64,000 nt of DNA from Azolla caroliniana (Eukaryota; Plantae; Polypodiophyta): the NCBI GenBank assembly GCA_043228905.1, contig JBHGNT010000075.1:53463-117462 (forward strand), read 5' to 3'. Below the pieces are notes generated by a model. That model ran no database searches and was not told the DNA's origin. It saw only the letters and a list, made by a program, of their open reading frames with translations. Positions within the stretch are counted from its first letter, which is position 1; every line of letters starts with the position of its first letter. Below are positions 12,328 to 25,722 of the stretch, one piece after another. The position numbers were made by a program, and so were the translations under genes.

Positions 12328-14498
12328 CTTTTTAGGGTTTGTATCTACCCACAGCCCATCCTTGAATACCAATTATCTCTTGCTTGCTTGAGAGAGGGAT
12401 CAATACCCACATTAAGCATCATTTCTTTGCGGTAAATGCTGACTGAGATCTTTCCAATTTATATGAAAGTTAGCTGTTAGAAGGTTTGTACTCGTTCAAG
12501 GTTTTGATATTGTTCCTCGCTTAAAATTTACCAATTTCTTGGCTGCACCTTTGTATCTTACCATATCACCATCCTCAATTTTAAATGCATAACATTTAGG
12601 TGCTAAGAAATAACCCTCTATTACTTTTTTATATTCAAGCTTAAATTTACCCAACTCGAAGATACTAACTCCGGAGGCAACGGTTTGTCTAGTACTACAG
12701 AGTCTGTATCGGTATAGTAGGAACCCGGGAAATATAGGGATACATGTGTATTCGAGCATATGCTGTTATTGCTGCCGACATCTGTACAGCTGAGGAAGAG
12801 CCGGCGTTCCGTGAGTCCATCCAATGAATCATCGATCTAAATGAATCGTCTTTACAATCCTCATTTCTCAGTTTCTGCTGCATTTGTGTTGTATAAGTCA
12901 ATATATAATGCGTATTATTTATAGCTTCAGCTATACCATATGGATATATTGACATTATCTTGTCAAGTCTTTCTTGATCACAGATCTCTGTTATATTCAT
13001 TTCTGGTTTTATACCAAACCTTCCGTACAGAGAGTTCATTGTCAATTTGTGCAGAGATGACGTCACCATGTCGCCTCTCTTTTTTGCTTCCTGCCTCTCT
13101 TTATATATCTCGCTTACAAATTCAATAAAAGTTTCTTTCCTTTCAAATAAATACCCATGCTTAACTTCTACTTTGTAACCCAATCTTATAGCATATTTTA
13201 ACTCTTCCGTAAAGTAGACGCCTGTAAACGTCCCTGTAGGAAATATGTTCCCTTGTAATGTAAGGATCTTTATAGGGTAGTAATGGTATTTTAATTGTAT
13301 CAGGGCATTCGCTTCCACAAAGCAGCCAAATAGATGCTCCATATCGCTGCCTGACAAGTCTCCATACAGGTTTTCCCCCTGGCATAGGCTTTGTCATTAC
13401 GTAAGGGTATAACGAGTTCACGTCATAATAATACATTTCCTTACCATACGGCTTGTATACATCAGTGTGGCCACCAACCCAACCTCGCTCGTCGAATAAA
13501 TGATGCTTTGTTAGCATCAGGCCTGTATATTGGATATGCTTTTGGATAGTAGTGAGTACGATAGATCTTCATTGCCATCGACGACACTGTCAGACATTTC
13601 GTTATATCTATACTAAACCGATCCCAGCAAGCAAGCAGTATTTTTCTTATACTTTGCTTAAGCACTCCAGCTAATATCATTATATCCTGTTTTAGATACT
13701 TTATTAATTCATATTGTTTATCTCTAATATTTAACTTGTTCGATTCTTTATGCGGAATTGAACCTTTACTACTCAGCTCTGGACGCATTGTCTCAGCTAG
13801 AGATTTCAACGAAGGTAATAGTTTTAGAGAGTCCCGTATATATAATAGCGGTGTTTTCAGTTTCTTTTTATCATATATAATAATTTGATCTATTTGATGT
13901 TCTCTAATTCTAGTTTTTAATATTATATTAGGTTGGATAACTAAATATTTCAATAGCAAGATGCCGTCAAATCGAGACAGATTATGACAATATACCTGCT
14001 CAAAAAATGAATAAATTATTAAACGGGCGGGCGGTTGCTGAGCACGTTAGCTCTTCTCTCCTATTCAAATATTTAGTGCCGCTACTAACACAATTAGTCA
14101 TATTGAGGGTTTTTAGGAAATGGAAGAGCGGGCGGCTAACGTTTCTTTTCTTTAACGCCCTTCCGTTCCGTTCACTACGCGAGCGGAGTGATAAGAGCCC
14201 GCTCGTGAGGCGAATAGCAAAAAGTGCTTCCATTTCTACCTTAGTTTCTGCACGAAAAGACACACAGCTTGCCTACGTTCACTCCAAGTATACTCCGTTT
14301 TCATTACAGAAACGTATTATGCTAAGATTTCCCATCAAAATCTGATTATACCCATGTTCTGGAAGTTTTTAGATTGTGTAAAACCATTTTAGTTCTAGGG
14401 GCACCCTCCAACTCACTTGAAAGTGTCAAATTAGCTACAGAGAATCCTCGTGGTTAAAAACGCATAAAGACGTGAAGTGGAGCTTTGACCAAAAAATT
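12328..14498 (-). pseudogene. dpo: Plasmid-type family-B DNA polymerase pseudogene, copy 2
   Basis: Same ORF fragments as copy 1, offset 12298. Confidence 0.92.
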
Positions 14499-17284
14499 GT
14501 TTTAATTTAACAAATCTTTACTAAGCTAAGAGTCAGAGAGAAAAGCGTACGTCACTCACTTAGCATAGAGCGTTTTGTGAGGGCACATTATGTACAAACT
14601 TTTGGAGAAACTCAGTATGATTATCTCCCCCTATTACCTAGTCGAAATATGAAGAAACTCTATTGAATTCCATTTCTCAATGGCCACAACTTTCTTGTCA
14701 AAGGAACTTCCGTAATTGAAAGAGAATTCTGAGACTCTTGCGCATCTTTGAGAGTTCAAAGTAATTATCATCACTTCAGCCAACACAGAAGGGGAGACTT
14801 ATTTCTCATGGAGCGGCTTTAAGAAAAGTGCAGGGAAGGCAAAGTGAAATATGATGACCAGGGCTATATTGAATTCTGCATATATTACTCCTACAATTGC
14901 ACGCAACGTCTTTGGTTTGGAAAACAAATAGGTTGTACCAGGATGGGGGCTTAATGAATGGTTGGATAAGTGAAGGCACCGCACGTTACTATTGAATAAA
15001 TGGTGAATAAATGGCTTCTGTAGTGTTTTTCTCTTCAGGTAATGGAATGTATACGTCGGGGCGGGGTCCGCCCCCGCCCACGCCCAAGACGTAAGATGAT
15101 GATCCGCCTTGCCGATGGCCGTTCCGCTCCCGGTTAGTTATTGGCGAGAGGCAGTAACTAACCGAGCGAGAGATTATCAACAGGTTTCATTTCCGATCCG
15201 AAAATATTGTTTAAAACAGTAATTTCCTGAAGAGTATGAATAATAGAATAAGCAATATGATTCACATTTCAATACGGATAAGGGCTCCACCAAGAGATTG
15301 TTTTTTTTTCCATCGCACTAAACTAAAAAGGAATCGTTGACGTTAGCCTTAGTTCCCCTTTGGCCTCTTCAGTGCCAGTCTTAGATTGAATTTGCTGCAA
15401 GAGCGATAGACCTGTAAATTCCCCAAAGACCTACAGTGAGCTGTGTATTCCTCCTAACAGAAGAGCTACCTTCTTGTAGTTCTTGTAGAAGGTATACCTT
15501 ACCCAGATTGCAGTAGTTCTATCCCAGAAAAAGCCGGCACCTTCATTCATGGTGCTTGAAGAAACAGCAAGCAGGTTAATCCGTAAACGTTAGTCACAAG
15601 GGGTACAGGAGTGATGTCACGGGAATTGATGATAAGTATGCAGGTTCCAGCTAAGCTAACGTAGCAGTTGGTGGTCCTCGTATCGATAGATCTCGCCCTC
15701 TATTTCTATCTGTTGGTGGCTTCTTGGCTGTTCTCGCAGCTTCTCAACAGCTGGCGTGGGTTCTCTACAACCTGTTGTTTTTGTTGCTTCCTTGCAGTCC
15801 GTTCCTGTTGGTCGAATGGCTGCTTTAGTCTTGTTGTTCAAGAACGGCGGCTCTGCTGAGGAAATCAACGATCGGACTATTATTCCTCAAAGACCTTTCG
15901 CCAATTGATCCAGAATCGATTTGACAAACAAAATAGGCCAATCGTTGATTTGAGCATGTCTTAGATTGAACTTGTTGCAGGTTCGATAAGGGTAAGCGGA
16001 TTCCCGGCGCGCGCGCGCGGCGGAAGAAACCTAGCGAAGACTTCCCTGGCTCTGTCATTCTGATTGGACTGTAGATGATTAAACCATATATTTGAATCTA
16101 CCAAATTTCTTCTAGATCGTTCGTTTTAGATGGTATGATTGGCTACCGGGTTCCCTGCCAATGATGTTATAGATACGGAAGTTGCCCTCTTAATGAGTAT
16201 AGAAATCGTTTTCAGTGGGAAAATAGCGCTAACATTATATTCGGTCGTACCGCTGGTTCCCTGTTCTACAGGGGTTTCTCGGCTTTACAGTCTCTCTCGT
16301 GACCCTACTATGAAAAACACGCCGCAGATTAGCCATGAAAAAGACGACATGTGCTACAACAAATCATCCTTTCAGAATGACACAACTTTGGTTTGGCCAA
16401 ATCCTGTCCTGCGGGACTAAAATCTGCAAAATAAAAAAGTAGTTTTCGCTCGTTATATTCGCTAGGCCCGCATTCTGCATAGTAACATTCGTTTCTTCCA
16501 AAACAAAGCATACGCTTTGGACGTATTTGCGGAACATTTAGGGTTTTCTTTTCTGATTTTTTTCAATCTAGCCTTTTGTTCAACAACTCTTTCTTTTTGG
16601 TTCACTAATCCGTCATCCTCCTCAAAGTCTAAATCATAGCGATCCTACGGATCAAGCTCTAGTACATCGTCATCAATTTCTGTACTTTGTGAAGTGTCTA
16701 TAGCGGTGTCTACGTAGTAATCATACTCGTCATGGGAGGTTGAGCCGTAAATTGCTTATCTCACGCAGCATGAAAATGAAGGGTTTTCGATGAAGCGGTT
16801 CATGCGGTCGGGCGGGGGTTTCTGTATCTCGATGTCATTTAAAAAATCCAAGTGCGCACGCAGGCAGGCAGTTTAACCAACTTAGACTACAATCCACGAC
16901 ACCGCTTTCTCCGGCCGGAATCTCCATCAACGCAATGATCAACATCCTCCATGCCCTTCGTGACAGCAAGCAACACTGACTCTTGACTCAGATTCTTTGT
17001 TTGCCGTGATCCCCTTTTTGCAAAATAAAATATACCCCCTTTCCCCCCAATAATTGAGATAGTCGTCGTTTTTGCTTCCAACACTATGGATGGTTAGAAT
17101 GTATACAGCCTGTAGCTGTTGTACTGCTCGTAGCCCTCGTTACGTTATTTTGTGCCGCTTCATCGTTGAGTCTTCTTGCCCAACCTTTTCGTTAGTAGTG
17201 TTTGCAGTAATGGGTGTAATCTCCCGCCAGGTCTCCGGTTTCACTTCCGCTGCTGTAATGACATGTGCCCATTCTTCCGCCCGC

Positions 17285-17325
<41 letters not shown>

Positions 17326-18046
17326 AAGGGGAACTCCAAAGAGGCAAAGAATTAGCAATGCCCACAGCCTCGGTAGCGTAGCAGGATCTTCCAGTGAGTG
17401 TTGAATAAGCAAAATATACGAGGCCATTGGACCTCATCAAACTCTTTTGCGACACCTTTTCGTTCGACTAAACAAATCAGCGAGACCGTGCTGCTGCTGC
17501 GTGGGACCTCAAACAGTTGCCTGATACTTCAGGCGTGTAAATAAGAAAATCCAAATAACAATTGTTACGTTTATAGCCTATAACTGGCTTGATCCGGCTT
17601 TCTTTCTTGGGCGAGGCCCGAAAGAAAAGAAAAGAAAAGAAAAGAAGCCGTTTAAAGTCTGACAGACTGTAAAAGAGTAAGTATTAGCCATGGTGATTCT
17701 ATTTTGTTCTTCTTAATATATTAAAAGTTATTACTTCGGAAACGGTAGAGCCTCTAGCAAGCCGGTGGTGCAAGCGAATAAGGTGAATGGGACCCTACTT
17801 TTCTATCGGGAGTATTTCGTTTTATGAAAAAACCTCATAAAGCCCGTATATGCCCGGGTTCATATATCAAAATAAACCCTAATCTTGGCTCGGAAAGTCG
17901 AAGCGGGAAGTGGCCGAATGAAAAAAGCGTTTGATTTCAGTAAATCCGCTTTCAAAAGAGAGATTCGAATCGTATCTCCTCCCTTAATGCCAAAGTATAC
18001 TTCGTATTCAAGAAGGAAAAACGAAGTGCAATGAGTTTAATGGTGC

Positions 18047-18349
18047 TCGACCTTTCATGCGATTAGGAAATTCCACGGCAATGGTCCCGCGAATTCGAGA
18101 AGTTACCACCGGAATGGCCAGCCCAATTGCGAATTCCGCAACTGCCACCGTTAACACTAGTAAAGTGAGTGATTAACCCATCATATCATCCGAATAGACA
18201 GAAAATACCGGAGAGTTCAAATTGACAGCCAATAACATTAACTCAATTAGCGTCGGCATAATAGTAATATTCCTTCTATTTGAGAGAATTCCCTGAATAC
18301 CTGAAAGAGAGGAAATCATGGAAAATGTCAAATATTTGACCAGATCCGT
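18047..18349 (-). CDS. nad4L: NADH dehydrogenase subunit 4L, copy 2
   Basis: Same as 5749-6051. Confidence 0.95.
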
Positions 18350-18569
18350 AAGAAAAAGTCTTTCTTCGTTTCATAAAAATCGTAGTGAGATTGGTTCTTT
18401 ATAATCATGGCTGTTTAAAAAGAAGTGAAAAGGGGCAAGTAATCCCATATACCAATATAGCGAAAAGTGACCGAAGCATGATGCAGGTTCGGTTGAAAGG
18501 AAGAACCCGCTAGCCCGCCCTGAACAAGGGCAAAGCATTCCGTAGGTATATAATCTAATGTGCACTTTC

Positions 18570-18643
18570 CGCATCCTACAGGACTTGAACCTGTGACCTT
18601 CAACTTAGAAGGTTGTTGCTCTATCCGACTGAGCTAAGGATGC
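18570..18643 (-). tRNA. trnR: tRNA-Arg(UCU), copy 2
   Basis: Same as 6272-6345. Confidence 0.95.
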
Positions 18644-19885
18644 TGTGCATTACAAACACTTCTAGGCTTTTCAGTTAAGTCAGGTAAAACTTGCTTGCCT
18701 TTTCGCCGAAAAAGCAATAGAAAAAAGTTATGAATACAAGAAAGAAGAAACTAATGATAGTGGCATAATCAACAAAAAGAGAAAACCACCCTTTACTTCG
18801 GAACGACTGCCAAGGTATGCATTATGATTAAATCTCTCGAGAAACCACCAACAGGGCATCCGCATAACACATGCTAGATTGGGTTGCCTAGAAAATGAAT
18901 CTCGTATACAGTGCTGTGATTACTTTATATTGATAAAAAGTCTAGAGAACAATCTGAAATGGGAATACATAAATAATTGCCGGTCATAGAAACGGAAACA
19001 CATAAATTGTGCGAAAAGTCGCTTCGGTTGAAATTCCACCACCCACTCGGAGTTTAATTGAAAATTCCATTTCATTATTAAACTGGTTTAGAGTTGATTG
19101 TCAAACTCTAGTCAGGAAGTCAGGTCAGAAGAAAAATACAGCGGAATTACACCGCTTATAGTTTGCACAAGCAAATCCGGACATAGTGAGATCAAATCGA
19201 AAGCATAACGGCCGGCCCGGCCCGGCCCGGCCCGGCGGAGAAGCACCATGCGCTGCTTCCGCGGACAAAAAGGCGGAAGAAGCCGGCCGAAGAAAAGAAA
19301 AGAAGCGGTTTTCATCATCATGAAGGCCTTCATGCATGCATGAAGAACCTGTTTGATGAACCGGTTGGTTCATCGGCACATAGCGCTTCCCCCGCTCGGC
19401 TTCCGGGGGGAGAGAGGATGATAGCTACCCTTTCCACCATGCTGTATTGTTATGCATGCAACAGGACAGGATCGCATTATCTGTTTGGCTGTGCAGAATT
19501 CTGCTGCTGTTGAAATGAGCTCTTATTTGGTTTATGCTAACAAGCTGCTGCTTTGAGCAGGCAACACTTTGGATCGTATGGAATAGTGGCCACATATACA
19601 AACATAATGCAATGTGCCTAGCTTTCGGGATCACAGCACCTATATATACAGTTGATTAAAAGGAAGGGGAAAAACCAACCACGGGCCGAAGGCCCACTTA
19701 ACCACGCCAGCCCACTGTTCACTCATGGGTAACATCAGCTATATGGTATATTCTATGCGCGAAGCGATCAATCATCGTATATATGATTGATAACGTTGAC
19801 ACTGGGTACACCCCATGCCTGCCATGGTACCACCTTTCTTTGATGTCACGGATGCTTTGAGTGAAGGGAAGAAACCAAAGAATCC

Positions 19886-20619
19886 ATGAGAGGTTACTGG
19901 AGAGAAAAAGCACTGAGAAAGTTGACCAGTAGTAACAAGAGGTCCGCCGGGAGGAATCCATCAGGGCGTATCACGGTTTTTTACTGAGGAGGTGGATCGA
20001 AGTGATTGTAGTGAAGAATTGATTGGAAATGAAGCGCTTCGTCTTTGGGCATTGTGGAAAGGATCGAATATGACCCAAATTGTTCCTTCCGGATTGCTTC
20101 AGTATGATGGATTGAAGGAGTGCCACGTTCTGAAAAGTGCAAAGCGCTTTCTAAAGTGAGGGCGCCGCGAAGATGGAGAACGCATAGCGTTCTCTGGGCG
20201 CGGAGAATCAAACGTAAAGCGCTGGAGAGTTTTCGGTAAAACGAAGAAGAAAAGAGAATTCTCGAACCTAAGCATAGCTTTGAGGGACGGCTGGAGGCAG
20301 ATGAAAGGCCGAGAGATAAGGCGTGCAAAGTAGATCGTACACCTTTCGTGCGACCCGTTGGTCCTAAGCAATGTCTTTCGCGAAGCGACCCATGTTGCTC
20401 TCACAGGCAACGAGAACTTTGATCAGATGCGGGTATCCAGTCCCGCCAGTGGCTGAGATGCACGGCTGACTTCCAGGCCTTGATAAAAGAATGGCCACCT
20501 TCGAAGTTGCAAGAGCGAAAGGCCCGAGCCGTAGCAGGATGAACCAATGTGAATGAGTGTAAGCTTCGTGGCCCGAAAATCGACGGTGCTGACCACACCG
20601 AGGGCCTGTTATCGTGGTG

Positions 20620-20656
<37 letters not shown>

Positions 20657-21773
20657 AGAGGCCAAGGCGGCGACGATCGAGAGGTTGTCACTGAGCAGCG
20701 TTCCCAGTCATACGAGAAAAGGGGTCAATTGGCAAGGCCATACGCTCGTGGAGCTTCCCGCGGAGTATAGCTCACATCCAAACATCTGATTGAGGAACGG
20801 GGCAACGCCCATGAAGCTCCGGAAACGGAAGGCCCGCCAGGCTGTATGCCCGTGAGTGCAGCAGGATTCTTCAAAAAGAATAGGCTGACTCGAAGACTTA
20901 AGACCTTAGCCACGAATGGCTGGAGATGTGGGCAGAACGGGCGGGAATTCTAGCGTATTATTCCCGGAAGAACCCAAGGCCTCGACTGAATGCTTAGGCT
21001 CTCTGATCAGGGATTGCAGAGCCAGTGAGGATTTAAGTTCTTAGGAAGAGCCGTGTGAGGCCTATAGCTCATGCACGGTTCGGGAGCCAAGCCCCAGCAG
21101 TAATGGTGCGGCTTAGGCTAACACCCATATATTAGCTAGTTATTAATTGGAAGCAGGCAGGATGGCGATGAATTATGATTGGTCTAAACCTTCAGCCTCG
21201 TTCAACACAGTGAATGAAGGCTGAAAGTGGTTAGAAGAGAAGGTCCCGTGGGGAAGCCGTTAGAGTGGTTCCTGGCTACGCCCTGGAGGAGACTACGCCG
21301 ACCCTTATAGCGATAAAAAATATGTACTTGATCCGTATTTTTAAATGGTGGGAAATCGCATACCATCAGCCCATATAGCTAGGGGCGCATGGGTACATAA
21401 TACCGAATGGAAGCCAGGTTAAGGCGCAGGGTCAGCTTGAGCTGCAGGGGTCAAGGCTAAAACAATTGAGAAAGAGAATACATAATGTATTGCGCGGTCA
21501 CTCTTAGGTGTTCACAAACCTATAGATTTCTGATGCTGAGCTACTATCGGTATAGTGTCTAATCTCGACCATGGCATACGTAAGCTTGGCAAAGCAGGGC
21601 AAAGCCGGTGGTTAGGCAGACGCCCCATTGTTTGAGGTGTTGTTATGAATCTGGTTGATTATTCTTACGGAGGAGGCGAAGGACGCACGAAAGGAGGTAG
21701 ACTTTTGGTGTTACTTTGGGGAAAGCCCACCAAATGTGGATTTTGAGCAATAGTGAGGAAACGCAGAAATTAG
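19886..21773 (+). CDS. rpl2: Ribosomal protein L2; exons 19886-20347 and 21123-21773
   Basis: SAGRN.SGRITVFHRGGG...IEYDPNR...KVDRTPF | T.ILAS.QLEAG...[17 protein letters not shown]; both exons are in phase 0. Confidence 0.94.
20348..21122 (+). other. Group II intron rpl2i846g2
   Basis: 5' GTGCG, domain V gagccgtgtgagg...gcacggttc, 3' ctaac. Confidence 0.9.
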
Positions 21774-21776
21774 TTT

Positions 21777-22037
21777 ATGGCATGATCTGTATGGAAAGGC
21801 CCTTTTGTTGATGCTTGCTTGTCGAGAAGGACGAAAAAGATCAGAGGGAGAATTTGGTCATGTAGACTTTTCATTTCGCCTAAATTTGATGGTTGCTATG
21901 CATAAATTCATAATGGGCGATCTTTTATTCGTTTGAAGGTTACAAAAGAAAAGGTTGGTCATAAATTTGGAGAGTTTGCTTCTATATGAAAGGCCTCGAG
22001 AACAACTAAGATCAAGCCGAGATAGAAGGTACGGTAA
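21777..22037 (+). CDS. rps19: Ribosomal protein S19
   Basis: MARSVWKGPFVD...IWSRR...KVGHKFGEFA after editing. Confidence 0.94.
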
Positions 22038-22043
22038 TAGGAT

Positions 22044-23249
22044 ACGGCATGAAAGGTAAATCTGATTTCAGTCAGACTTAATCCGAACTACCATTCAGAT
22101 TCAAGTCGGTTTAGTGAGGGCGACCGCGAAGTCACTGAATGAATTGCCTGCCGCATGTCGGTCAGGGCATTGCAGATGTCCGCAACAAGACGGACACAAC
22201 TTATTCTAACGCTAGGGGACCACAGCCTCAGGGAACGAAGGGAGGAGACCAGAGCATGTCGTGACAGGAGCTGAGCCTAACCAATCCTTGGGCGTACTTT
22301 GACCGTGTCTCTAAAGCACAGTTGAATGTAGATACCATGAACGCGAGGTGCGGCGGAAGGGATACCAAGCCTAGCTTTTCAGGGGGAAAGGCAACACCAC
22401 GCCTTCTCTGTACATGCGCTGATCGCTGGCGCATGTACCCGGACAAAGAGGGCCCGAGCCCTTCGGGAAGCCCTGCGGCTTGGGCCTAAAGCGCACTGTG
22501 CTTCAACAAGTGAGAGTATTCGGTGGAACCGGTGAACCACGCATCTAACCTGCGGGCGGACGCGTGGGGCAGAAGGCTCATAGTACCCGCCAAAAAACGC
22601 GCCTAAGAAAAGAAAAGAAAAGAAAAGAAGCGGATGATAAGGAAGCGCAGCTATGCAGTGGAAGGGGAGGAGCCTAAATCAACGCGCCCACAAGCAAGAA
22701 AGAACGGGTTCAGCATTGCACACTCAAGCAGTACAGAGATATCGGGTCAACTCTTAGATGAGACTGAACAGCTACGAACCGTTTTAACACCGATCGACCT
22801 TGTGCCGCCGCGCCGGCCGGGAAGCCCGCCCGCCCTTCGGCCAGAGATTAAGTCATCATTGAAACAAGGGAAAACGACCGACGACGTGGAAGACTTCAAG
22901 TGGATAGCCCAAGCTGCCTGATCGAAGCTGTCGCGGTCATTAGCAGGCACCTGGAATCACTTCAAACTCTAGGAGATTCAGTGAGCCAAGGCCGAAGGCT
23001 TTGACTGAAGACGCGTTTTTTTCTTTTCAAGCTTCCGACCCACGTTTGACTGGGAGAGCGCACGTGGGCATTTTAGATAAAAAGCTGCTTGCTGTTTTCG
23101 AAAGGCATTCCGGCCGGCGCGGCGGTTCATGCGGCCGGCAGAGTGTCGGAACCTAACGGCCGAAGAAGCGGTTTTCATCATGCGGAAGAAGCGGTTCGAG
23201 CAGCATCGCTGCTTGATCGGCGGAGAGAAGCAAGTGCACAGCGTGGGGA

Positions 23250-23283
<34 letters not shown>

Positions 23284-25722
23284 AGAGGATCAAGCGCTTC
23301 TTGCTTGAAAGACTTGGGATCCACCACGCAACGCACGATATAGGCAACTTGGGTTGAAGAGCTGTGTGATGGGCAACCATCTTGCACGGTTCGAAGAGCA
23401 CTTGATTTAGTCCGCGCTGGCTGGTGAATGGAAGCCAGCCCTTCACACGGCTGGCTTCTTTCGGCTGCTTTTCCCACAGCCAGACAGAGTAACTCTTGAC
23501 TCCATTTACTGTTATGGAAAATTGTTGTATTAGGATGTAGATTTTAGATATTTTTTCCGTTCAATTTTTCCCAGGATTTTGTCCGAGGAAAAGAAAAAGA
23601 AAACTAAAGGAGGGAAAGATAAAATTGGGGGAAGAAAGAGGAAAACTAGAGGAAGAAATCGCAAAGTTGACCTTCGCCTTGGTAGGTGTATCATTCATCA
23701 TTTCCCTAAAAGGACATTCATTCATGTATTCTTCTTTCTAGTTCAATGATGCTTACTATTATTTTTTGGTTGATGATATTGTTGATGACGCTAATCGAGA
23801 GGGCGGCCGGTCTAGTTCCTGCATGAAAAATTGCGTGCGCTCAATTATGTACTGTACAAAGGCGTTGCACTTACTCTTGCTCGGTAACGAACGCGAGGAC
23901 CAAAGCATGTGCGGCAAGGAGGTTAAAGTTCGAAGAACTTGTTTGTTGGCGGAACGAACGAAGGCCCGCCCGTATTTTGAACCAAAAAGTCTACGGGTAA
24001 CTCAACAGCATAGAGCGAGCCTGCTTTCGGTATTAAGATGAGGGCAAAGCTTGGCGAATCGAAGTTCGGGGCTGGCTACCCGGCGACAGCTAACCATTGG
24101 CACTTAATTTCGGCGAATGGGGAGCGCGAACGCACGCTGCCTCGCTCTATGCCTACTGAGGGTTTTGATTAATTGGGCCGAATGATCTTCCCTCGACCCA
24201 CCCATTGCACAGAAGGGAAAGGAAAGGATAGAGCAGGTTACCCATGTTACTGGGGACAAAACACTAAATGACATCCCAACACAGGGCGTTCGATCAACAA
24301 TTGGACAAGCCATGTAGGAAACAACGGCGAGATCTTATGGGAGGAAAGCCCCGGAAAGAAGTCAGAGGGCCCATACCACCTGCCTACCCTCCTAAGGCGG
24401 AACCGGCACTTGGTGAATGCCAAGTAGAAAACGGGAAGGAGCCTATGCACTTGTCACGCTCTGAGAGCCGAAGGGGAAAGGGGTAATTTCCGGGGTTCCC
24501 ACTCGGCCTTTCACCCGTCAAGTTAGAGAGCCGTGTGATGGGTGACTATCCAGCCCGGTTCGGAGAGCACTTGTGTAGCCTGCACTAGTTACGAGAGGGG
24601 GATGGGACATAGGAAATGCCCATCTGCCTTTCCTGTGCTTTGCCCTCGTCAAGCCGATGAAGCGGTTCATTCATGCGGAGCCCGCATGAACCCTCTTACT
24701 AGGCGCAAGTGGACTCTCGACTCTATCTCACGGACCGCAGGGCGATATGAAAAAGGAGAGAAGAGGGAGGATTACTAGGGGAAAACCGCGGCGAGAAGGC
24801 CTCCGAAAACTCTCGCCGCCCCTTGGCAACCGCACCTATTATGCCTCTGGTCGTGCAACACTTTCTTCGTATGAAGAACTAAATTCATTCTGACCCCACT
24901 ACGGTTAACATAACTGATGACAATCTTTTGCTTCTCTCTCCCTCTCTGTTATCCTTTTCCTATAGTAGGGATGCCGCCCGACGCTCTGAGAAAATGAGGA
25001 ATGCTCGGGGTAGGTTTGCAGAGAGGAAACTGTGTCTGTATATAGGGAATGCCTTACGTGAGAAAGCAAGAAATCTGTGCTGTCGGTACCACTATAATAA
25101 GGATGCCTGACGTGAATGTACGAAACCCAGAGAGAAGGATCCGTGCAATAGTCACTCTTCTTCAGGAGGAGATGCCCGCTGACGCTCGCACATAGTGAAC
25201 GCCTGATTCAGAGGAACTAAGAAAGTATGCAGTCATCGTTGCCGGAAGAAGATTAAACCTTGGTGGCCTGAAATGTAACTTTTTTCATCTAGTGAAACAA
25301 GCACTAATATCCCGATTAAGCCAGTAAGAGCTGATTTTTTCCATTAAAGTGCTTTTCCAATAGCTTAGGAGATACCTTGGGGACCAGAAAAAAAGAAATC
25401 ATTTGTATAAATTTGTACATCCATATTCTAATAGATTGAAAACTGCGAATGTGTGAAGGGAATCTGTATTTGTCGTCCAGGTTGATCGAATGGTGCAGAA
25501 ATAGCTCAAACTGAATGTATGAAATATGGTTCAATATCCTTACATGTATCTTCTGATTATATTGATTACGCAAGAGCAGAAATATTCACTCGTTATGGGA
25601 TCCCGGGCGTCAAGGTGTGGATTCTGTATTCCAAACATGTTTCAAAGAACAAGAAGGGACTCAATTCGGATGCTATATCTAAAACGTACAAAGTTTTGGA
25701 AATGTTAAAAGGGCAAATGTAA
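22044..25722 (+). CDS. rps3: Ribosomal protein S3; exons 22044-22117, 23506-23834 and 24727-25722; ACG start; apparent 1-nt phase conflict in exon 2
   Basis: (M)ARKVNPISVRLN...SSWFSD | YYGKLLYQD...[17 protein letters not shown]...KYGSISLHV...IDYA...TRYGI.GVKVWI. Confidence 0.88.
22118..23505 (+). other. Group II intron rps3i74g2
   Basis: Inserted after 74 coding nt; 5' GGGCG, domain V at about 23359-23393, 3' ttgactccat. Confidence 0.9.
23835..24726 (+). other. Group II intron, likely rps3i249g2
   Basis: 5' GTGCG, domain V gagagccgtgtgatgggtgac...cggttcggagagc, 3' cgactctat; the domain V region is close to that of the atp1 intron, a known paralogue. Confidence 0.85.

Larger units (their letters stand above)
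12299..18751. repeat. Large direct repeat, copy 2
   Basis: Matches 1-6453 wherever compared. Confidence 0.97.
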
